This document shows positions 18,921 through 27,108 of a stretch of 51,616 nt of DNA, piece after piece (position 1 is the stretch's first letter; each line of letters opens with the position of its first letter). The notes below the pieces were generated by a model. It was not told the DNA's origin. It worked only from the letters and a program-made list of their open reading frames with translations, and did no database searches. Source of the stretch: an uncultured bacterium (GTDB taxonomy: Bacteria; Desulfobacterota; Dissulfuribacteria; Dissulfuribacterales; UBA3076). The DNA lies in the NCBI GenBank assembly GCA_965539945.1, contig CBETWD010000001.1, positions 1 through 51,616 of the forward strand. Direction: 5' to 3'. The position numbers were made by a program, and so were the translations under genes.

Positions 18921-19017
18921 ATGTTGAATGCTAAATGTTGAATGTTGAATTGTGGAAAAAGATTTATAAAGACATATACCTTAATTCAAAATTCAGCATT
19001 CAAAATTCAAAATTTAA
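18921..19017. mobile_element. Family D composite element, copy 1 (arms of TGTTGAAT/TTTGAAT units in inverted orientation)
   Basis: Left arm ATGTTGAATGCTAAATGTTGAATGTTGAATTGTGG, right arm TTAATTCAAAATTCAGCATTCAAAATTCAAAATTTAA. Arms and core match the inverted copy at 37341-37503. Confidence 0.8.
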
Positions 19018-19023
19018 TTGTGC

Positions 19024-19054
19024 GCCGCTGATTGGGCTTTTTCAGCGGAATCAC
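19024..19054. repeat. Half copy of the family G terminus (GCCGCTGATTGGGCTTTTTCAGCGGAATCAC)
   Basis: Near-identical to the right end of the element at 47908-48031. Internal 7-bp stem CCGCTGA/TCAGCGG. Confidence 0.6.
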
Positions 19055-19103
19055 ATAACCGCCCTTGAGTATCTTGCCGGGACCTGCTTTAGGAGGGGGA
19101 AAA

Positions 19104-19469
19104 ATGAGTCCTCGATCAGCAACAATTAGAATACCTCAGAGACGTTCATATGTTCCGATGGCACAGAAAAACAACACCGGCAGCAGCTTTTCGTTCTCAA
19201 AAGTACTCAATATAACTCGTCAAAAGACAATTGCGCTTATATTTGCTCTGGTCGCCTTATTAATCCTGGGGTTCTGGACCACTCACGAGACCCGGAAAAT
19301 AGCAAAGGACATAGAGTTTCTTCAGATAGAGGAAGGCCGTCTCAGTGCTCAATATCAGGATTTCAGCACTCAAATGGACCAGCTCAAAGCACGCAGCCGT
19401 ATGGAAAAATTGGGAAAAAAAATGGGACTTCACCCACCCACTGACAGGCAGACAATATCCCTTAACTGA
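19104..19469 (+). CDS. ftsL: Cell division protein FtsL
   Basis: 121 aa from an ATG after AGGAGGGGG. Single TM helix (IALIFALVALLILGFW) followed by a coiled coil. Canonical position between rsmH and ftsI. Confidence 0.7.
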   Translation: MSPRSATIRIPQRRSYVPMAQKNNTGSSFSFSKVLNITRQKTIALIFALVALLILGFWTTHETRKIAKDIEFLQIEEGRLSAQYQDFSTQMDQLKARSRMEKLGKKMGLHPPTDRQTISLN

Positions 19470-19471
19470 TA

Positions 19472-19680
19472 CCTAAATTAAGCGATTAGCTGTTAGCCAT
19501 TAGCGTTTAGCTTTGAAAAATCAAGGCATTACGTTAATTAGAAATAACCCCCAACGGGTTCACCCTGTTGAATCCCCAAAGGGGGCAGCGAAGCTGCATT
19601 CAACAGGGTAAAAGTTTGTAATAGTAAAACATCCTGTAATCATTAAACTAATAGCTAACAGCTAAAGGCTAATAGCTCAA
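19472..19680. mobile_element. Family E MITE-like element, copy 1, flanked by an 11-bp direct duplication
   Basis: Inverted arms are rich in TAGC units (AGCGATTAGCTGTTAGCCATTAGCGTTTAGC / GCTAATAGCTAACAGCTAAAGGCTAATAGCT). CTTAACTGATA occurs at 19461-19471 and 19681-19691. A second inverted copy lies at 43670-43838. Confidence 0.85.
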
Positions 19681-19700
19681 CTTAACTGATAGAGATCAGA

Positions 19701-21458
19701 ATGCGTTTTCCTTATAAAGATAAGAGAATTTTGTTCCTTTTTGCCCTGGCAGGTCTTGTGATCATTGCCACATCATTTGTTGGTTGCTTTTGGCAGAACA
19801 ACAGTATTAATGGCGAAGATGATATTGATTCGTCCAGGCTTTCTCAACAACAAAGCCGTGACTACTATTCCCAGCAAAGCCCCCTGTACAGGGGCATAGT
19901 TCTTGACAGAACAGGAGCGATATTCGCCGTAAGCCAAAAGACAATCTCTGCCCTGGCAAGGCCTTCCAAGTTGCCGCAAGTTGATGATTGGGCACCACAA
20001 GTATCAGAAATTCTTGGTCTTGATCCTCATGCTGTGACAAAACTGCTGTCGGAGGAACACGGCGTTATCTGTCTAAAAGACGGCATTTCCGTAGAACAAG
20101 GCCTGAAGCTGAAAGACATGCGGCTTAACGGAATAGAAATACTGGAAAAATATAAAAGGGTATATCCTTGCGGTTCACTGGCTTCTCCGGTTTTGGGGTT
20201 TGTCGATCAAGGCGGCAGGGGCCTTGAGGGAATTGAATATACATATGATAGCCTTTTAAGCCATACTAATGTGTCACAAATTCACGCAGGTGGACAGGAG
20301 CTTACGCTTACCCTTGAAAAAAACATTCAGGCATCAGCGGAAAAAGAGCTTGGCAGGCAGATGAAAAGACTTAAGGCCGATAAAGGCTGTTTTGTTATAA
20401 TGAGTGTTGAAAACGGTGAGATCCTTGCCCTTGCCAGCAAGCCTTCCTGGGACCCGGAACGTTTTTGGGAACTACCTGCGACGAATATTACAAATTACTC
20501 TCTGCAAGATAATGTTGACCTGATGGTCCTCGCGCCTCTCTTAAACTGGATGTTTGAACAAAGTGAGCTTCCAAAATCAGAAATCCAACCTTTGGACAAA
20601 ATGGCCCACAAGTGGAAATGGGAGACTTTGGGTAAAGGTCTGGTCCTGTGGAGTCCCTGGGCTGAACAGGAGCTGAAAGATTTTGTCTCTTATGACGACC
20701 TGTCAAGGGATTTCTTGGGTCTGGGGTTTGGTCAGTCTACAGGTATTGACCTTCCGGGTGAAGGCCAAGGCAGCCTGTCTTCAGCCCTGCCAAGGTCACA
20801 GAATTGCTTCTTACGCCGGGGTATTACAGCCAGTCCGATCCAGATTCTCAGGGCCTTCTCCGTCCTGATAAATGAAAATGTATTGGTGACACCACACGTG
20901 GCTCTACAAAGCCCTAATGAATTCCTGACATCCGAGTCTTCTGTGAAGGACCAAAGGCAGGCCAAAATCCCATGGTTAACAGAAGAGCTTATACTTAAAT
21001 TGCGGAAAAACCTCGCGGTCAAAGGAGGGCCTTCTCTTGCGAGCATCAGGTGGAATGAACAGTCTGAGCAAATATCTACTCAATTTCCAGCCCAGGTTAC
21101 TGCCCTGGGATTCTGGCCCGACAAATCACCCAAAGTAAGTTATATTGTTTTGCTCGACGGCGTAAAAATTGATCCTCGTGAACGCCGGGGCACTTTAGGG
21201 CGAGCACTAAAAGTAGCAAAACAGGCGGCACAGATACCCTTGAAAGACAAATGGCGAACGGTGAAAAGCCAAGAGACCAAAAAAGAACTCTCCAGGATGC
21301 CAAATCTTAAGGGAAAATCCGTAAGACAGGCCTTGGATATTCTGCAATCCATAGGCATTTCCACCAAACTCAAAGGTGTAGGGACTGTGATCGCACAGAA
21401 ACCAAGATCAGGAATACCTCTTAAGGGTGTGAATGTCTGCAGTATAACCTGTAAATGA
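19701..21458 (+). CDS. ftsI: FtsI/PBP3-like class B penicillin-binding protein homologue with C-terminal PASTA domain; transpeptidase motifs appear degenerate
   Basis: 585 aa with a TM anchor and PBP dimerisation-like motifs YRGIVLDRTGAIFA and GLEGIEYTYD. Transpeptidase-fold landmarks ILALASKPSWDP, LGFGQSTGIDLPGE, ASPIQILRAF. The C-terminal PASTA-like sequence is PNLKGKSVRQALDIL..GTVIAQKP. No SXXK is present at the expected site, and KGG replaces KTG. Confidence 0.75.
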   Translation: MRFPYKDKRILFLFALAGLVIIATSFVGCFWQNNSINGEDDIDSSRLSQQQSRDYYSQQSPLYRGIVLDRTGAIFAVSQKTISALARPSKLPQVDDWAPQVSEILGLDPHAVTKLLSEEHGVICLKDGISVEQGLKLKDMRLNGIEILEKYKRVYPCGSLASPVLGFVDQGGRGLEGIEYTYDSLLSHTNVSQIHAGGQELTLTLEKNIQASAEKELGRQMKRLKADKGCFVIMSVENGEILALASKPSWDPERFWELPATNITNYSLQDNVDLMVLAPLLNWMFEQSELPKSEIQPLDKMAHKWKWETLGKGLVLWSPWAEQELKDFVSYDDLSRDFLGLGFGQSTGIDLPGEGQGSLSSALPRSQNCFLRRGITASPIQILRAFSVLINENVLVTPHVALQSPNEFLTSESSVKDQRQAKIPWLTEELILKLRKNLAVKGGPSLASIRWNEQSEQISTQFPAQVTALGFWPDKSPKVSYIVLLDGVKIDPRERRGTLGRALKVAKQAAQIPLKDKWRTVKSQETKKELSRMPNLKGKSVRQALDILQSIGISTKLKGVGTVIAQKPRSGIPLKGVNVCSITCK

Positions 21459-24400
21459 TGTTTGGTAATACACGGCACGAAAGGACATTGCGGGATATGT
21501 TAGAAGTGCTGAGACCTGCTGTTTCTATATCACCCGAGCTGGGTGACGTAAAAATCAGGGGCATGTCCGCAGACTCCAGACAGGTAAAGCGGGGATACAT
21601 ATTTGTGGCAATTCCCGGCACGGAACTTGATGGAAGACAATTTATCAATGATGCCGTGGAGAAAGGAGCCTCTGCCCTGCTAATGCCAAACCAAGATGTC
21701 CATCGTTACGTCAAGACCGTTCCTGGAGCACTTCCTGTTATAGGAGTGGACGACCCCAGGCTTTCAACCGGTCTTCTGGCAAGTGCCTTTTATGGAAATC
21801 CCAGTGAAAAAATGGCCCTTATAGCCATCACCGGTACTAATGGTAAGACTACGATCACATACCTCCTGGAAGGCATTTTCAGCAAAGCCGGGCTGAATCC
21901 TGGTGTAATCGGGACTGTAAACCAGAGACATTGTGGCATGGAGGTGCCTTCTGAACTCACTACCCCCGATGCCATAAAACTGCAAGAGATTCTGACCAAC
22001 ATGTCGGAGCAAGGGGCAAAGGCAGTGGCCTTAGAGGTATCTTCCCACGCCCTTGACCAGCAGAGGATCTCAGGGTGCAGTTTCGCTGCGTCTGTTTTTA
22101 CCAATCTGGGCCGCGATCACCTGGATTACCATCAAGACATGGAACAATATTTCCAGGCCAAGGTAAAATTGTTTTTGGAATATCCCTCTGATACGGCAAT
22201 TATCAACATTGATGATTTGTATGGAAGGCGCCTATGGGAGATACTACAAAGGAAAAAGATCAGTTATGGTCTCAGTCCTGAGGCCGAGGTAAGACCTGAG
22301 TTCCACTCAATCAATATTGATGGAATAACAGGTAAACTTGCCACGCCCAAAGGGCCTGTTTCCATAAAATCCAATCTTATAGGTTCGCACAATCTATACA
22401 ATATCTTGGCAGCAGTAGCGGCTTCAATCACCCTTGGGATAGATCACAACCATATTCAGACCGGCATAGAATCAATAACGCGTATTCCGGGAAGACTCGA
22501 TCCTGTGCATACCCCCCAGGGAGTGACCGCCCTTGTAGACTACGCCCACACTCCTGACGCCCTTGAAAGTGTCCTGAACTGCCTTATCGGATTAGGGCCC
22601 AAGCCTCTGATTTGCGTAATCGGCTGTGGAGGAGACAGAGACAGGGGCAAACGTCCTCTCATGGCGCAGGCAGCTGCTTCACTGGCAGATATTGTTGTGC
22701 TGACCTCGGACAATCCACGCACTGAAGATCCTCTTGCCATACTCGATCAGATGTTGAACGGCCTCAGAGACCTTCCTCCCCATCACCCTGCAACCAAAGC
22801 TGAAGTGAAGGTAATTCCAGACAGAAAAGACGCTATTTTATGGGCAGCAGAAAAAGCGCGGCCTGGTGCCTGTCTGCTCGTGGCCGGGAAAGGCCACGAA
22901 ACCTACCAGATAATCGGCAACGAACGACTTGCCTTTGATGACAGGAAAATATTGAAAGAGGCCTTTGGGGCAGAACGCAAGGTTCAAGGTTCAGGGTTCA
23001 AGGTTCAAGGTTCAAGGAATAAAAGACAAGGGTCGCAGTTAGAGAGTCTTGAGGATCGGGGGTTTCGATTAAAGGTTTCTCAGGTGGCAAGGGCTGTTGG
23101 AGCCAGGGTCCTTTCGGGTGACCCGGATACAGCAATCCATGGCATATCAACAGATTCCAGATCAGTAAGAAGAGGAAATATATTCTGGGCACTTTCAGGG
23201 GACCGTTTCAATGGTCATGATTTTGTCCTTGACGCTATAAAAAAAGGGGCCATCGGCGCAGTAGTCAGTTCGACCTTTGAATTTCGACATACGAATTTCG
23301 ACCTTCGCCGGCGTCCAGTTTTGTTGAAAGTCCAGGATTCCTTGAAGGCCCTGGGAGATTTCGCAGCATGGTATAAGAAATACCTTGGAATCAAGGTGGT
23401 CGGCATTACGGGCAGTTGCGGCAAGACCACTACAAAAGAACTGATTTTCTCGATCATGGGAAAGAAATGGAAAACGGCTAAAACCCCTGGGAATTTTAAC
23501 AACCTTATCGGACTCCCGCTCAGCCTGCTTTCGGCCAAATCCGATGATTCCTGGGCAGTGCTGGAAATGGGAACGAACCAACCGGGAGAAATACCCCGGC
23601 TGTGTGAAATTGCCAAGCCACAAGTGGGCCTTATTACTACCATACAGCCTGCCCACCTTGTCGGCCTTGGGGACATAAAGCAAGTAGCCAGGGAAAAATG
23701 GGAACTCTGGAGAGCCCTTCCCCAAGCAGGTGTGGCAGTGGTGAACCTTGACGACCCCCTGGTGATGGAAGGGGCCAAAGATCTAACGTGTCAAATAGTG
23801 GGCTATTCCATGGAACATAAGGCCCTGCCATCTTCAAATCACCAAATCACCAAATCACCAAATCACCAAATCACCTGCCTGTCCTGGACCCCGGGCGAGC
23901 ATGGCACTCTGCTGGATCTGGATATTGCCGGAAGCAGACTCTCTGTTGATCTTCCACTTATAGGAAGGGCGAATGTGCAAAATGCCGTTGCAGCCGCAGC
24001 TACAGGCCATGCAGTAGGGCTGACACCGGCCCGGATCAAGCAAGGGCTGGAGGAAGTAAAACCAATTTCAGGCCGCCTTTTTCTGAAAAATCTTGGACCT
24101 AAATGGAGGCTGATAGACGATTCTTATAATGCAAACCCCGGCTCTATGAGAGCGGCTCTTGAGACTCTCGATCTTTGGAGCAAAGGCGAAAAAAAGATAG
24201 CGATCCTGGGAGACATGTTGGAACTCGGAGATGCGGCCCACGACTTCCATCAGGATATTGGACGACTTTCAGCCGATACAGGGGTTGATTTTCTGATCTT
24301 CGTAGGCCAATTCGCGGATGCTGTTTCCAAAACCGCCCAAAAGGCCGGTATTTCGCAAAAGGCTATTCGCATCTTCCCTAATACGGAGGATTTGCTTTCC

Positions 24401-24523
24401 TGGATAGAATCAGCCGCCCTTGACTGCATGCCCTCTCCATCAACCATATTGGTAAAGGGATCACGGGCCATAGGCCTTGAGAGAGCTGTGGATGCCCTTA
24501 TCAGGCATCTGAGAGAGGAATAG
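21455..24523 (+). CDS. murE-murF: Single 1022-aa ORF fusing MurE (UDP-MurNAc-L-Ala-D-Glu:meso-DAP ligase) and MurF (UDP-MurNAc-tripeptide:D-Ala-D-Ala ligase)
   Basis: MurE part: [33 protein letters not shown]. MurF part: [34 protein letters not shown]. The two are joined by a heptamer-repeat-encoded linker. The ATGA start overlaps the ftsI stop. Confidence 0.85.
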   Translation: MMFGNTRHERTLRDMLEVLRPAVSISPELGDVKIRGMSADSRQVKRGYIFVAIPGTELDGRQFINDAVEKGASALLMPNQDVHRYVKTVPGALPVIGVDDPRLSTGLLASAFYGNPSEKMALIAITGTNGKTTITYLLEGIFSKAGLNPGVIGTVNQRHCGMEVPSELTTPDAIKLQEILTNMSEQGAKAVALEVSSHALDQQRISGCSFAASVFTNLGRDHLDYHQDMEQYFQAKVKLFLEYPSDTAIINIDDLYGRRLWEILQRKKISYGLSPEAEVRPEFHSINIDGITGKLATPKGPVSIKSNLIGSHNLYNILAAVAASITLGIDHNHIQTGIESITRIPGRLDPVHTPQGVTALVDYAHTPDALESVLNCLIGLGPKPLICVIGCGGDRDRGKRPLMAQAAASLADIVVLTSDNPRTEDPLAILDQMLNGLRDLPPHHPATKAEVKVIPDRKDAILWAAEKARPGACLLVAGKGHETYQIIGNERLAFDDRKILKEAFGAERKVQGSGFKVQGSRNKRQGSQLESLEDRGFRLKVSQVARAVGARVLSGDPDTAIHGISTDSRSVRRGNIFWALSGDRFNGHDFVLDAIKKGAIGAVVSSTFEFRHTNFDLRRRPVLLKVQDSLKALGDFAAWYKKYLGIKVVGITGSCGKTTTKELIFSIMGKKWKTAKTPGNFNNLIGLPLSLLSAKSDDSWAVLEMGTNQPGEIPRLCEIAKPQVGLITTIQPAHLVGLGDIKQVAREKWELWRALPQAGVAVVNLDDPLVMEGAKDLTCQIVGYSMEHKALPSSNHQITKSPNHQITCLSWTPGEHGTLLDLDIAGSRLSVDLPLIGRANVQNAVAAAATGHAVGLTPARIKQGLEEVKPISGRLFLKNLGPKWRLIDDSYNANPGSMRAALETLDLWSKGEKKIAILGDMLELGDAAHDFHQDIGRLSADTGVDFLIFVGQFADAVSKTAQKAGISQKAIRIFPNTEDLLSWIESAALDCMPSPSTILVKGSRAIGLERAVDALIRHLREE
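22979..23016 (+). repeat. Family A heptamer repeat translated as the MurE-MurF linker ([13 protein letters not shown])
   Basis: AAGGTTCAAGGTTCAGGGTTCAAGGTTCAAGGTTCAAGG, in the stop-free orientation, at the position where a murE stop and murF start would be expected. Confidence 0.9.
23269..23308 (+). repeat. Possible family C-like repeat inside murF (encodes [13 protein letters not shown])
   Basis: TTCGACCTTTGAATTTCGACATACGAATTTCGACCTTCGC shares TTCGACAT/ATTTCGAC units with 10051-10097 and 17051-17202. Confidence 0.4.
23835..23875 (+). repeat. Family B octamer repeat (AAATCACC x5) in-frame in murF ([14 protein letters not shown])
   Basis: A perfect 8-nt period is directly visible. Confidence 0.9.
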
Positions 24524-24527
24524 GTTA

Positions 24528-25607
24528 ATGCTCTTTCATCTGCTATATCCCCTCCACGATATGTGGCCTATATTTAATGTCTTTCGCTATATCACTTTCA
24601 GGACAATATATGCGGCTGTTACTGCCCTCTCAATAATATTGTTCCTCGGGCCTTGGTTTATGAGACGCATGTGTGCAATGCAGATGGGCCAAATCATCAG
24701 GGACGACGGGCCGGCAAATCATCATGCAAAAGCCGGGACACCAAGCATGGGGGGCATATTAATCATTGTGTCCATCCTGGTCGCCACACTCCTGTGGGCC
24801 GACCTCAGGAATCTTTACGTGTGGATAAGCATTTTGATTCTTGTCGGTTACGGCACAATAGGCCTTGCGGACGACCTGCTGAAGATCAGAAAACAGAACA
24901 GCACAGGCCTGTCCGGCAGATGGAAACTCGTCTGGCAGACAGTCTTTGTACTTTTAGCCGCGTGTATAATTGCCGCACATGGTAAGTGGGATACCCATCT
25001 TAGTATTCCGTTTTTTAAGAACTTTCAGCCTGATCTCGGGATTATGTACGGTCTTTTCGCCCTACTTGTGGTCGTTGGGACCTCCAATGCGGTTAATTTG
25101 ACTGACGGTCTGGACGGACTTGCTACCGGCCCTTTCATAATAGCTGCATCAGTCTATGCCCTGTTTACATATCTGGCCGGCCATTTGACTCTTGCCCAAT
25201 ATCTCCAGATTCCTTCGGTTCCCGGCGCAGGAGAGCTTGCGGTGTTTTGTGGCGCAATGGTAGGGGCCGGTTTGGGTTTTCTCTGGTATAACACCTATCC
25301 TGCAGAGATCTTCATGGGAGATGTAGGTTCCCTTGCCGCGGGCGGTGCCTTGGGAACAGTGGCCGTTCTCTCAAAGCAGGAAATGCTGCTTGTAATTGTA
25401 GGTGGAGTCTTCGTAGTTGAGGCATTATCCGTAATTCTTCAGGTTTTTTACTTCAAAACAACAGGAGGCAAGAGGATCTTCCGTATGGCTCCCATCCATC
25501 ACCACTTTGAGCTTAAGGGATGGAAAGAGCCAAAGGTCATTGTAAGATTTTGGATAATTTCTATATTGCTGGGGCTGGTAGCAATCAGCACGCTCAAGCT
25601 GAGATAA
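24528..25607 (+). CDS. mraY: Phospho-N-acetylmuramoyl-pentapeptide transferase MraY
   Basis: 359 aa, polytopic. Motifs [34 protein letters not shown]. Confidence 0.95.
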   Translation: MLFHLLYPLHDMWPIFNVFRYITFRTIYAAVTALSIILFLGPWFMRRMCAMQMGQIIRDDGPANHHAKAGTPSMGGILIIVSILVATLLWADLRNLYVWISILILVGYGTIGLADDLLKIRKQNSTGLSGRWKLVWQTVFVLLAACIIAAHGKWDTHLSIPFFKNFQPDLGIMYGLFALLVVVGTSNAVNLTDGLDGLATGPFIIAASVYALFTYLAGHLTLAQYLQIPSVPGAGELAVFCGAMVGAGLGFLWYNTYPAEIFMGDVGSLAAGGALGTVAVLSKQEMLLVIVGGVFVVEALSVILQVFYFKTTGGKRIFRMAPIHHHFELKGWKEPKVIVRFWIISILLGLVAISTLKLR

Positions 25608-25610
25608 AAA

Positions 25611-25688
25611 ATTTGGTGATTGAGGGATTTGGTGATTGAAATGTCTGTATTTGTCTGTGTGGGTCTGTGGCTAATTTGGTGATTGAGT
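25611..25688 (-). mobile_element. Family B module (octamer arms plus CACAGAC-rich core), intergenic copy in stop-containing orientation
   Basis: The reverse complement matches the in-frame murG module at 27789-27894, including the core AGCCACAGACCCACACAGACA..ACAGACATTTC. The right arm contains the murD GTG start. Confidence 0.85.
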
Positions 25689-27108
25689 GGAACTGAAGGG
25701 CAAAAAAGTAACAATACTGGGCATGGGGGTATCCGGCCGGGCAGCTGCTGGATGGATCGTCTCTCAGGGGGCACAAGTCATATGCAGTGACTTGAATCCC
25801 CTGAATAAGTGGCCTAAGGGCCTGGCAGACTGGTGTGACAAAAATGGCGTCGGAGTGGAGACAAAAAAACATAAGGTAGAGACCTGCCTTTCATCAGACC
25901 TGATAGTGGTCAGCCCTGGTGTTCCACCTGACATTCCTGCCCTTGAGGCAGCACGCAGGTCCAATGTCCCTGTGGTTGGAGAACTGGCCCTTGCGGCATC
26001 CTGCTGGAAAGGACCTCTAGTCGGCATCACCGGCACAAACGGAAAAACCACTACTACTATGCTTGTGGATGAGATGCTGAAAAAGGCCAATGTGCCCCAC
26101 GTAAGGGCTGGGAACATTGGAACACCATTATCCGCACTCATTGAAGAACATACTGAGGAAACTATCGCGGTCCTGGAGATTAGCAGTTTCCAGTTGGATT
26201 ACTTCCCAAGGACCAGGTACTTTTCCTTCACTCCTCCAAGGTTCAAGACAACAGCATGGCTCAATCTTGCGCCTGACCACCTTGATCGCTACCAGGACAT
26301 CAAGAGCTACGGAGAGAGCAAGGCAGTAATCTATGACTTCCAAAGGCCTGAAGATTGGGCCATTCGCAACACGGACGACAAGGAACTGGCAACGTGGAAG
26401 GACAGAGGACGTGCCAGAAGGCTCTATTTCGGGATGCTTCGCCCCGGAGTTCCTGGGGCCGGGCTGGATACCTCTTTGAAAAAAATTAACGTCATGTGGC
26501 CTGATAATAAATGGGAGGAATATGACTTAGAAGGCTGGTCCTTAAGGGGTCGACATAATATTGAAAACCTGGCTTGTGCCATACTTATTTCACGTCTGGC
26601 CGGTGCCGGTGCGGCTGCCGTACAGTCTGTTATCCAAAGCTTCAAAGCGGCACATCACAGACTTCAGTGGGTGGTCCAAAATGCGGGCATCGACTATTAT
26701 GACGACTCCAAGGCCACCAATGTTGCATCTGTACTTCGCGCACTGGAGTCTATAGATCAGCCAATAGTGCTTATCGTGGGCGGTCGCGGCAAGGGTGAAG
26801 ATTATGCTTCCCTGGCCGAGGCCACAAAAAAGGTGCGTATTCGTGGTACGATTGTTGTAGGCGAAGAGGCCAAGGCGTTTGAAAAAGTCCTGGGTAAGGT
26901 AATGCCGGTTATCCAGGTGAGTGGAACAAAAAACGGCAAAAAGACTATGAGAAAAGCCGTGGAGCAAGCAACGTCCCTGGCTGAGCCCGGTGATGCCATA
27001 CTCCTTTCCCCGGCCTGCTCCAGCTTTGATATGTTTAAGAACTATGAAGAACGCGGCATGGCATTTCAGGAAACAGCCAGGGAATTGGGGGATTTGGTGA
27101 TTGAGTGA
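25687..27108 (+). CDS. murD: UDP-N-acetylmuramoylalanine-D-glutamate ligase MurD
   Basis: 473 aa. [34 protein letters not shown]. The GTG start is immediately preceded by an in-frame TGA. The C-terminal GDLVIE and the stop are encoded by a family B arm. Confidence 0.9.
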   Translation: MELKGKKVTILGMGVSGRAAAGWIVSQGAQVICSDLNPLNKWPKGLADWCDKNGVGVETKKHKVETCLSSDLIVVSPGVPPDIPALEAARRSNVPVVGELALAASCWKGPLVGITGTNGKTTTTMLVDEMLKKANVPHVRAGNIGTPLSALIEEHTEETIAVLEISSFQLDYFPRTRYFSFTPPRFKTTAWLNLAPDHLDRYQDIKSYGESKAVIYDFQRPEDWAIRNTDDKELATWKDRGRARRLYFGMLRPGVPGAGLDTSLKKINVMWPDNKWEEYDLEGWSLRGRHNIENLACAILISRLAGAGAAAVQSVIQSFKAAHHRLQWVVQNAGIDYYDDSKATNVASVLRALESIDQPIVLIVGGRGKGEDYASLAEATKKVRIRGTIVVGEEAKAFEKVLGKVMPVIQVSGTKNGKKTMRKAVEQATSLAEPGDAILLSPACSSFDMFKNYEERGMAFQETARELGDLVIE

